Program-made: the position numbers and the translations under genes
Part shown: positions 50,060-60,430 of the stretch, piece after piece
Layout of the letters: each line of letters starts with the position of its first letter
Position numbering within the stretch: position 1 is the first letter of the stretch
Assembly: GCA_964036045.1 (NCBI GenBank)
Contig: OZ038378.1
Span: 174,468,001 to 174,532,000, forward strand
Reading direction: 5' to 3'
Source: Eutreptiella sp. 'Long Island Sound 2002'
Taxonomy: Eukaryota > Protista > Euglenida
DNA: 64,000 nt
Notes under the pieces: generated by a model
What the model was told of the DNA's origin: nothing
Database searches by the model: none
The model's input: only the letters and a program-made list of their open reading frames with translations

Positions 50060-50636
50060 CTGTAGAACACGCAACACACCAGTGGGAGTTCCAAAGGCAA
50101 CAGCATAGGCAGCATGGGCGGAACGCGCAGAACGCGCAGCACACGCAGAACGCGTAACACGACCTCTAGAGGCAGAAGCAGAAGCGGACACGTAGAGCGC
50201 GTATCACACGAAACACACGCAGGACACGGGCTGCGGGGACATGGGCTGGGCAAAGGTTATGGGGATGGGGCAATGGGGGCGGCAGCACGAACAATTTGAT
50301 TGTTGCTTTCTTGAAACGGTGTCCATGCACCCTGCATGGTCCACGCAAAGCAGCGGTCGCAGCCGCCACCATTCATCCGAGCGTCGAAAAAGCATTCACA
50401 ACGCAATAAATACCGGCGTCGGTGCCCCAACGGAAGCGCCGCCTACCGATGCCACCACTGTGGGGTTGGCTGTCAGTGTGCTTGCTGGGCCAACGGCAAT
50501 GGCCTTGAAAAGAAGAGGGGTTGTGAGGTTTGTCTGCCGCGGACCTCATCGGTGTCGGGCCACTCATCCCCATCCGAAAACTGTGTGTTTGAAAATATGC
50601 TGCCTGGGCTGCTCCAACTTAGGTCGGACCGATTTA

Positions 50637-53436
50637 CTAAATCTGCACTATCTCGTCCTTCTCCATCTCCTCTCCCGCCGCTGCGGCTTCCTCCGGGGGC
50701 TGCTCTCCCATCTCCGCATCGCTCTTCGCCGCCCCAGCGCTCTCTTTCTCGGCTGCCTCCGGCTCTTGCGGTGGATCCACTGGCGGGGTTGACTCCTCCT
50801 CCGGCTCCGTTTTGATTGGGTGCTGCAGAACACGAAAAACGCGTGACACATGCAACCCACCTCCAGAGGCAAGCCGAGAGGCACCAAAACAAACACGTGT
50901 GGAACGCGCAGAACGCGGAGAACAAGGGGCCCACATCCAGAGGCACACCCAGAGGCTACGCGCAAATCCCCTGGAACGCATAGTACTAATGTGCAACGCG
51001 CACTTGTGCACCTTCCGTGTGCGGGGGTCCCGTCTCCGGCCCCATCTCCGGCCTGCCTTGTTGCTCCCCGGACGGTGGCGGTGGTGGTGCTTGAGGTCCC
51101 CGCGGTAGTGGCGGTGGTGGGAGTAGTGGCGCTGGTGGCATCCCCGGCGGTGGCGGTGGTGGCAGTGTTGGTTGCGGTGGAGGAGGATACGTTGGTGGCG
51201 GCGGGTACGCGGGGGGCTGGTACCTGTACGGGTCGGACCCGTACGGGAGACTCCCGGAGCTCGAAGGCATTTCCGGATCCGTCTTCATCGGCTGTTACTC
51301 GTACCGCGGCTCATACTCGTACCGCGGCTCATACTGATACCCATGATGCTGCGGCCACTCCTCCAAGCTTGTCTGCAGAACATGTAGAGCGCGCAAAACA
51401 GCTAAAACACGGGAAGGCAAATCCAGAGGCAGTCACAGAATCGAACGTGCAGACCGCGTAGAACGCGTAGGACGCGCAAAGCAGACGGGAGGCAACTCCA
51501 GAGGCAAGTGAAAAGACCCGTGCCACGACGCCCAGCACAGGAATGCACACCCGCTGCCTCTTTGCATCCTTTGTCCTCACGAGTGTCCATGCCCCTGTGT
51601 CGGGCAGGTCGACACCTCTGTCCTCCGTTAGGATGTAGGCCATGAGGCCAGCCATGCGGACCGTTCGCGACAGTTTCTCCTATAAAGACCACGCAAAGCG
51701 CGTGCAACACAGGAAGGCACCCCCAGAGGCAACGAAGAGGCGCAACATCAGGAACATGTAGCACGCGCAGAACGCGGAAAACGCGCTACACGCTGGACCG
51801 GAGGCGTTAGAGAGGGAACACGCAACACATGCAGTACACCTGCAAAGCGTCAGTGGGCATGTCGACAATGTCCTCCACACCAAACGCACTCAGTTGGTCC
51901 GTGCTGCGCCGTGGTCGGTATCCTGACGAAAGGGGCTCCCCCTTCAATTTCGCCAACGGCAGGCCTGCAGCTGCGGGGTCACCAAAGTCCGTAGGCCAGT
52001 CCGGGGCTGTGACACAGTTCGTGCACACCGACACCCCCTTGATCATCCCGATTGCGACCTGGCGGGGTGAGCTGCTGCGGTATCGCTCCTCAAACAGTTC
52101 TCTGGCAGCGGCCGTGCTTTGTGCATTCTTCGTGCCACAGCGGAGGACCATCTGCACACTGTACGCCCGCACGTCCGTCACCAGAAGCAGCGCCAGGCCC
52201 AATTCGCGGCGCGCTTGTGTTTCCTCGGCCAAACACACTTTGTAGTGTTGGCATACTCGTCCGAGTGACACTTCGTAGTCCGACTCCAGGGTGCGCCGCA
52301 TGGCCTGCACATCGTTGTCCTGGGCGGCCCCGGCTTGGTACTTCTCCCCTCGGGTTGCAACTGTGGGCATCGTCCTGTGTGGTTCGCCTTCCACTGCGTA
52401 ACGCACATGCTTGGGCTTCTCCTCCACTTTCTGCTTGCCCCTGCTCTTCTTCTTGGGTGGACTCTTCGTCTTTTCCTTCTTCTTCTTGGACAGCTCCTCC
52501 GGCTCTGGTTTTGCCTCTGGCTTCGGCTTGACAGGGGTCCCCTTTGGTTGTGCTTGTGCGGCCATGCTGGCAACCTCCAGGTGGGTGCTGCGGGGGGCGC
52601 GTTGGGCGAGGGAGGGCTCGTTCTGGTCCTTCACACTGGCAGCATCACTGCCCTCCTCCTCCTCCTCGTCCTCCTCCTCTGCCTCCTCTGCCTCCTCTTC
52701 GGACTCCTCTTCCGACTCCTCCTCATCCGAACTCTCCGTGGTTGCGTCACCTTGGATCCACGTCCATAGCCGGTCGCGCGGAATCTGTAGAACATGCAGA
52801 ACATGCAAGACACATGGAGGCAACCCCAGAGGCAACACCGGAGGCAACTGTACGAAACGCGCAAAACGCCCGGAACGCGCAAAACGCATAGCACACAACC
52901 AGAGGCAGCTCCAGAGGCAACGAAAAAGGGAACGAATAAAACGCGCAGAACGCACAGAACACCTTTTTGTATTTCAAGAAGCCATCCTTCTTGTTGCGGA
53001 CGTCTTGCACCACATGTGGCGCATGTGGCTTGCCCTTCGGGGCCCTCACCTGTAAAAGGGTGCAAGAGGCGGTAGGGGACAAAAGGCAGCGCGAAATAGT
53101 GCTCACATGAACCGCAAACCCGTGAACGGGGTACACCTGATACGTTGTGAGGTTCGTCAACCAAAATTCTTTGTCCTGCCCGTCCTTGGCCCCTTTCTTC
53201 TTCCGATTGACACATCCGGCATGCCACCCCGCTGCGACACAAGGGGTTGAGGAGGACAACGGTGCAAGGCGGGAAGCGAGACGAAAACGGAGACACACAC
53301 ACATACTGGTGGCTTATTTAATTTGAAAGACAACGAAGGCGTCGTGCTTCAGCTTCTCCGGATGCTTCCACTCTCCCAGCTTCCCACCCTTCTGCAACCA
53401 TTGAGAATGTGTGGCGGGGTACAGGGGTGCAGGCAT
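50637..53436 (-). pseudogene. Seven-exon cargo gene (~645 codons; basic N-terminal domain, acidic tract, helical domain, Pro-rich tail) with 2 in-frame stops
   Basis: Exons 53436-53307, 53231-53137, 53049-52963, 52784-51840, 51679-51551, 51372-51004 and 50822-50637; six GT..AG introns (75, 87, 178, 160, 178, 181 nt) all preserve frame; TAA at 53314-16 and at ~51294. Confidence 0.85.
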
Positions 53437-54022
53437 GCCTCCTGCACCATAAAAGCAGAGCGGCCTAGGAATGTTGAGGCAAAAACATGCTGCAGAGCAC
53501 GTAGCACGCGTACAACGGCTCCAGAGGCAACGTCAGAAGCGAAAAATGACAACACGCAAAACACCCAACACACGTGGGCAATGTAGCACCAAGGCAAAGG
53601 CATAGGCAGGAGGCAATAGTCATTCGACTACGCACGCTTGAGTTCCATTGGGAACCAGTGCAGGTGTGTGGCAGAGTACACGGGTGCAAGCATGGCAAAA
53701 AAAAAAATCGGGTGTGGTATGATAGGTGTGAAGCAATTAGCCCCTGCAGAACGCGTAGAACGCGTAGGAAGACTTCCAGAGGCAGACTCAGAGGCACCGG
53801 ACCGAAACGCGCAGGACGCGCAACACACACAGCATGCGTAGCATCAAGACAGAGGCAGAGGCAGGAGGCAATTGTGATTCTCTCTTCAAAAATAGTTGAA
53901 TGGATGTAAACGGATAGTTCCATTGCGTCGGGCACCCTCGAAAACCCCCCGGAAGCACAAAACAATGATAAAAGCAAAATCGCGAGAAAATTTCGTGCTA
54001 TGCGTTCTACGCGTGGTAGCCA

Positions 54023-55689
54023 AGGGGGTGGGAGGTTTGGCGCTAATGAGGCACATGGGGGGGCAGGGTTTGGCGCTACTGAGGCGCGCGCGGGCAGGGG
54101 GGGGGGGGGCGCAAAGGGGTTTGGCGCTAACGACACGCGCGGGAGGGGTTTGGTGCTAACGAGGCACGCAGGGAGCACACAAATGGCAGTCCATACACAA
54201 GGCGCTGCACACACAAGGCGGTATGTAGCCACCGCAGGAGTCTTGTTATGTAAGGGGGTGCAGGGGCTGGCCCCCGCGGGTCGAGCATAGCGAGCTGTAG
54301 CGTGGGAAGGGTTGGGGGTGCACACAAAAGGCGGTCCATACACAAGGCGGTGCAAGGCATGTAGAGGGGGGGGGGGTCAAAGATGCACTAGGGGGGGATC
54401 GGGGGGGGGTTGGGGGCAGAATATTTTTTCCAAGGTTTGGCACTGCCGAGGCGCATGAGGGGGGGTTTGGTGCTGGCGAGGCGCACAAAAGGGGGTTTGG
54501 CGCACGGGGGGGGGGGGGATTGGCGCTATCGAGGCGCACGGGGAGGGGGGGGGGGGCTAACAAGGCGCAAGGGCTTGGCATGTTTGGCGCTGTCGAGGCG
54601 CACGGGGGGTAGAGGTTTGACGCTAACGACGTGCACGCCGAGCTCGATTACACGAGTCACACAGTTTCAGCTAAACACTCACATTGCTTGACTTGTTCAA
54701 GCATGGCTTTCAAGTCAACAGGGCTTTTTTCAACGTTGTTTGATTAATTCTTTCGGACCGTGTCGTGAGGCTATTGGGGGACACGAAGGGGACAAGCAGC
54801 CAGAACAAGTTTGTGCTACAGCAAAAGTTGTGCATATATTTTGGTGAACTTGCCATTTTACTGATTGCTATGCTTTTTCGTTTTACAAATGTTGCCACTG
54901 AGTATGATTGTGTATGTTTGTTTGTTTTGTGGCCTTTCTACATGAACAATTTCCTGCTGTTGCATGTGTTTAGGTGCAAATGGTGAGGTGACACCCCAGA
55001 TTACGGCCTACCCCCACTGCTGCCCAGGGGCGCGTGACCTCACCGTGGTGTGGGGGTGAAACCGGGGGGGGGGTCCCCCCCGGGCTAACACGCAATCTGG
55101 GGGGTGGCCTGGTCCACCATTGGTCCAGCCACGGCGGCCGGGTCACGGGATCCTGCGCCCCACCCCTCGCCTGCCACCGTGGGCCAGCCACGATGGCACA
55201 GGGCGGGCTCCACCGGGGGGTGGCGGTATGCAAGCCAGCCCCGGGTCTCCCTGTGACCTAGCCCTCTCCAGGGCACATGTGTATCCCTCTTTTGTGCCTC
55301 AACCCATGACACCGTGTGTCTTTGCACAGGTTCATCACGGGTGGGGACCGCGGACTGGAACGCCCAACCGGGCCTGGGGTCAAGCCTCAGTGCCTCAGAC
55401 GGCAACGACGAGGAATATGCGCACCGAGACCGGGGTAGGGTCCCGCGCCTACCGCTACGGTGCTCACTGCGCCGGGGCTAGGGTACCTTCCTCTCGTTTC
55501 GGCTGCGCCTTGAAATAAGGGGAGACCCCCCGGACATGGGTACCTTGGAGATTGGTTGGAGGGGGACTGCGCTCCCTTGGCGCCCGGAAATGATCATGGA
55601 AGAAGGGGCGGCCCCCCGATCTGTCTTGTGGAGGGGCACCATCCCCTCCCAGTGACTTGCACGAAGGGGAGGCCCCCCGTGTGGCGAGT
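54023..55689. repeat. 1.65-kb direct repeat, copy 2
   Basis: Direct match to 46431-48077; both diverge after CCCCCCGTGTGGCGAGTAT. Confidence 0.96.
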
Positions 55690-56603
55690 ATGCGAGCGAA
55701 GGGGTGCGCCGACATTGCGCAACCACACCGGAAGACGTTTGAAAGAAGGGGAGGCCCCCCGATGTCACCCCATGCCGGGAATCCCACCCGGGGAGGAAAG
55801 ATGAACAAAGGGGAGGCCCCCCGTTTATACGCTACTTGTCGATGGAACCAGGGGGGGCGCCATCCCCCCCAGGAGCTAGCGCAAAACGAAGTTTTGTTGG
55901 ATTGTGGATTTCTTTCTTCTATGGAACCGAGTGGGGGCGTCATCCCCCCCAGGGGCATATATGCCGTTGATGTGTATGTATCAAGTAATGTAAGTACGTC
56001 ACCGAAAGAACCACAGCATTGTATAATGTACTCCTCCGGCCAACAACAAGGGAGGGCCGGAGGTCCTGTAAAAGCCCCGGGCCCCCCAACGGCAGCCCCA
56101 AAGGTGAGCGCACCACTGGATGGGGCATGTCTGCGGGCTAAATATTGCTCTGAGTAAATACCTAACGTAATAAATAGTGCCTACTGCCATAAATAATGCT
56201 TAACGGGTAAACCCCCCCCCCCCCGGGGCCAATTTAGTGCGCTCCCCCCAGAGCCGGACTGGACCGGCCGTGCTGAGGCGAGCCCACAAATGGGTATGAC
56301 AGGCCAGATCTAATTGCTGGCAGCCACGCCTCAGTACACTCCTCGGGCTTATAAGGCCCGAGGGGGCCCCAAATACCGTACCGTTCGGGACTTAAGCCCC
56401 GGCGGGTTTGGGGTTGTTTTGGTTAAGAGGACTCACGTTGAGTCCCACTTACTGTTACCCCGGAGTTATGACCTCCGGTACTGCCTGCCTACTTGCCTGC
56501 TGCTGCTAACAGTTAGGGTAAAAATAGCACCGGCCCCCCACGGCGGCGGTGACACCCGATCCCCCCAGGCCCTATATACTATATACTACTATATATATAC
56601 TCG

Positions 56604-58600
56604 GGCCGCGGGGGGATAGGGCCGCCCCGAGGGGGTCAGAGGACACACGGCACTGTCCACCCCCACACAGCGGCGGTTACACCCGAGTTCCTCCGGTCCT
56701 GCCTAGGCCGCGGGGGGATAGGGACGCCCCGTGGGGTATTGGGGACACACGGCACTGTCCACCCCCACACAGCGGCAGTTACACCCGAGTCCCTCCGGCC
56801 CTGCCTGGGCCGCGGACGGGTAGGGACGCCCCGTGGGGGATTGAGGGCACACGGAACTATCCACCCCCACACACCGGCGGTTACACCCGAGTCCCTCCGG
56901 TCCTGCCTGGGCCGCGGAGGGATAGGGACGCCCCGTGGGGGATTGAGGGCACACGGAACTGTCCGTCCCCACACAGCGGCGGTTACACCCGAGTCCCTCC
57001 GGTCCTGACTGGGCCGCGGAGGGATAGGGACGCCCCGTGGGGGATTGGGGACACACGGCACTACCCAACCCCACACAGCGGCGGTTACACCTGTACCCTT
57101 CATGAACCGGCGGTTTGAATCTGAGATTCACGGTACCGTGAATTTCACCTATTTTTGCTGTGTCTTGCTTGTAACTTGGTGCCATCGTGTGCTTTTGTCG
57201 TGCTATCTTCGCCCAAAGTGAGATCCAACAAATGTGTGCAAATTAGAGGTTTGAAGTAGCCACATGGTTCAACACATTTGGTGAGATTCGCGTGAATGTG
57301 AAATTCACGGACCCAAATTCACGCATAAATTCACGGGTTTTGGCACCTCTCGTTTTGGGCGCGGTTTGGGCATGGTGGATGCTTTTGGGGCGGGACCTTC
57401 ATTGGATGGTGCGTAATGAAGCCGGGGGAGGAATTTTACCCCCTCCATTCCCTCAGAACGATCCAATAATATGGTTTTTTCCCCCGAAAACCTCAAAATT
57501 TGGCTAAATTCACGTGAAATTCACGCATTTATTCAAACGGCCACTTACCCCCCGTTCACGAAGGGTACAACCTGAGTCCCTCCGGTCCTGCCTGGGCCGC
57601 AGGGGGATAGGAACGCCCCCTGGGGCATTGAGGGCACACAGAACTGTCCACCCGCACACAGCGGCAGTTACACCCGAGTCCCTCCGGTCCTGCCTGGGCC
57701 GCGGGGGGATAGGGACGCCCCGTGGGGGATTAAGGGCACACGGAACTGTCCACCCGCACACAGCGGCGGTTACACCCGAGTCCCTCCCGTCCTGCCTGGG
57801 CCGCGGAGGGATAGGGACGCCCCGTGGGGGATTGAGGGCACACGGAACTGTCCATCCCCACACAGCGGCGGTTACACCCGAGTCCCTCCGGTCCTGTCTG
57901 GGCCGCGGAGGGATAGGGACGCCCCGTGGGGGATTGAGGACACACGGCACTGTCCACCCCCACACAGCGGCGGTTACACCCGAGTTCCTCCGGTCCTGCC
58001 TGGGCCGCGGGGGGATAGGGACGCCCCGTGGGGTATTGGGGACACACGGCACTGTCCACCCCCACACAGCGGCGGTTACACCCGAGTCCCTCCGGTCCTG
58101 CCTGGGCCGCGGAGGGATAGGGACGCCCCGTGGGGTATTGGGAAACACGGCACTGTCCACCCCCACACAGCGGCGGTTACACCCAAGTCCCTCCGGTCCT
58201 GCCAGGGCCACGGGGGGATAGGGACGCCCCTTGGGGGTTTGAGGGCACACAGAACTGTCCACCCCCACACAGCGGCGGTCACACCAGTGTCCCTCCGGTC
58301 CTGACTAGGCCGCGGAGGGATAAGGGCGCCCCGTGGGGGTTTGAGGGCACACGGCACCGTCCACCCCCACATAACGAAGGTTACACCCGGGTCCCTCAGG
58401 TCCTACCTGGGCCGCGGAGGGATAGGAGCTCCCCGGGGGGGGCATGGGGGTTATACTGCAACACCCAGCCCCATACAACGGCGATTACGCACGGATCCCA
58501 CCGGTATTGTCTGGGTCACGGGGGGATGGGGACGCCTGTGGGGGGTATGGTGCCACCCCACCCCGCACAGAGGCGTTGACACTCGGGTCTTCCCGGCTCT
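56604..58600 (+). repeat. 102-bp tandem monomers (~13 good copies plus degenerate ones) upstream of LINE ORF1
   Basis: GGCCGCGG.GGGATAGGGACGCCCCGTGGGG...CACACAGCGGCGGTTACACCCGAGTCCCTCCGGTCCTGCCTG starts at 56604, 56706, 56808 and onward; interrupted at 57092-57569. Confidence 0.95.
57092..57569. mobile_element. 478-bp MITE with 16-bp TIRs and a 3-bp TSD (ACC)
   Basis: TGTACCCTTCATGAAC ... GTTCACGAAGGGTACA; ACC on both sides (57089-91, 57570-72); removing it restores the 102-bp monomer. Confidence 0.92.
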
Positions 58601-58659
58601 GCATGGACCACAAGGGACTGAGTCACCCGCAAGGTCTTTGCGGAGATTGACGTAGGCTC

Positions 58660-60273
58660 ATGGTTTCGGAACTCACCCTGCTCAGGGGCGAGGCGGGCTG
58701 CCCTAGCGGCTCCCACCTCTCCCCCGGCAGGGGGTCAGGGGAAGGCCGCCATCGGTGGATCCACTCTAGGCCCGCGTTCTGTCCTGCCGCCCTCCATCGC
58801 GGAGGGAGGGGTGCGGGGTGCTATGGTACCCCCGTCTTTGCAGGACACAGAGAACGCACAATGAGTGGCCCCATCGACCTAGCTTTCCCCGGAGAACCCG
58901 ACTACCGGGACTCCCCACTGCTGGATGCCATCCGGCAGGGGCCCTCTGAGGCGCACAGTCGCCTGAGGGATAGCTGGTCAGTGGCCAGCGACAAGGCGCT
59001 GCTACAGGCCGCCACGGACTCCCTGCCGGGGGTCGCCCGTGGGCGCCCGGAGGAGGTGCCGGACGCCCTACGCTGGGCCCGGCGCATGGGGGTGATCACC
59101 GCTATTACTTCCATGGGGGTTATCCTGACCCCGCGGGGGTTGTGCCTCATGGCCACGGTCACTGGGTCTTATGACGCCCAAACTTTCGTCTCCCAGGACG
59201 TCCCCCTTATGGTGGCCGCCGGGGGGCCCTTGGTCGAGTACCTGGGGAGTACCATGCACCCGCGCCATTTGGATCTGGCCCGTCGGGTCATCTCGGGGTG
59301 CGCCCCTTTCGACACTCTGCGCCCGCGGAAACGTTTGGCGCGGATTCTAAAAGTGGACGACACCCTGGCCGAATCGGCCAGTGCACCGCAGGTGCACCAT
59401 AGCACGGCCAACGCGGCGTTACGTCCGATTGCTCCCTTTCTCTCCCCTGGGTGCCAAGCTGATTGGGGGCGTTTGGGGGCCAAGGACCAGGTCCGAATTC
59501 TTTTGGCCCTGCCCAAACGGCCCACCGAGGTCCTACCTCACATATCCGGCACGGGGAATGAATTGTGGGCTGGGCTTATGGTGTGGGCCTCCCGTCAGGT
59601 GGGAGGCGCCAGCGCAGGGGTACCGGTGACCCCGCTACCAAAGGGGTTACCTGAAATCCGGGATTGGCCGCTAGACGTCACCCGGGGCGCATTTGAGGCT
59701 TCCACTTTACCGATTACCACGGTGGAGGCACTTGGGGAGCTGCTAGGCGATATCACGCCATCGTGGGCCTCAGCCCCCGTTCTGGCACTACTTGCCACCC
59801 GGGGCAACGAAGCCCCACTCAACGCTGCGTCTTGGACGCGGGTGTCCTCCCGCCCCGGAGGAAGTGCTGCCGCGGCGGAGCCTCCCGTCCCGGCGGGCGC
59901 TGACGCCCCGTCGGTGGTGGACGCGGACGCAGCCGGGGACGACGACCCCACGCAACCTTACGTGAACGTAGACGGCGTGGACCCAACGGTCTCCGACCCT
60001 TGGCGACTTCTTGAGCCCTCCGCGGGGATTGCAGCCGATGCGGGGAGTAACGCGGTTCCCCAGGGGGGACATACCCCAGAGGGAAAATCCCCCTCAAACC
60101 CGGTGGGGGCAGCCGCGCAATCAAATTTGGGGTTACCTCCATCTATCAGTTTGACGCGGAATCACCAATTGGGGAACATGGGGAAGACTCTCCCACCCCA
60201 TTGGCGATTCCGGGCCCCGCAGGTTCAGGTCCCGGGGGCTTGCCACGCCGGCGGACCGTCACACCACCAGTAG
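58660..60273 (+). CDS. LINE ORF1, N-terminal part (likely ATG at 58860)
   Basis: 537-codon open frame directly after the monomer array; natural composition from MSGPIDLAF; no recognised domain. Confidence 0.65.
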   Translation: MVSELTLLRGEAGCPSGSHLSPGRGSGEGRHRWIHSRPAFCPAALHRGGRGAGCYGTPVFAGHRERTMSGPIDLAFPGEPDYRDSPLLDAIRQGPSEAHSRLRDSWSVASDKALLQAATDSLPGVARGRPEEVPDALRWARRMGVITAITSMGVILTPRGLCLMATVTGSYDAQTFVSQDVPLMVAAGGPLVEYLGSTMHPRHLDLARRVISGCAPFDTLRPRKRLARILKVDDTLAESASAPQVHHSTANAALRPIAPFLSPGCQADWGRLGAKDQVRILLALPKRPTEVLPHISGTGNELWAGLMVWASRQVGGASAGVPVTPLPKGLPEIRDWPLDVTRGAFEASTLPITTVEALGELLGDITPSWASAPVLALLATRGNEAPLNAASWTRVSSRPGGSAAAAEPPVPAGADAPSVVDADAAGDDDPTQPYVNVDGVDPTVSDPWRLLEPSAGIAADAGSNAVPQGGHTPEGKSPSNPVGAAAQSNLGLPPSISLTRNHQLGNMGKTLPPHWRFRAPQVQVPGACHAGGPSHHQ

Positions 60274-60430
60274 GGTTGAAGGTCTGAATACGCCGGCCTC
60301 CAAGGGCTATACGCTGGAATCCGCACAACACGCGGCCCTGCCGGGGCTTCCCCCGCACACCACGGGTACTCCACAACTCCCCGCACGGGGTTCTCGCGCG
60401 GGCCCGGCTACCGCCAACCCACAGAGGCCC

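Noticed and set aside
50373-50420. YCVVNAFSTLG as a duplicate of the transposase YAVVNAF motif
   Set aside because: Only a 7-residue resemblance, with no surrounding nucleotide similarity
56549-58579. Repetitive ORFs (PPHSGGYTRVPP.., GVTAAVWGWTVP..) as repeat proteins
   Set aside because: By-products of a 102-bp (34-codon) tandem DNA repeat that is open in several frames; no unique coding flanks
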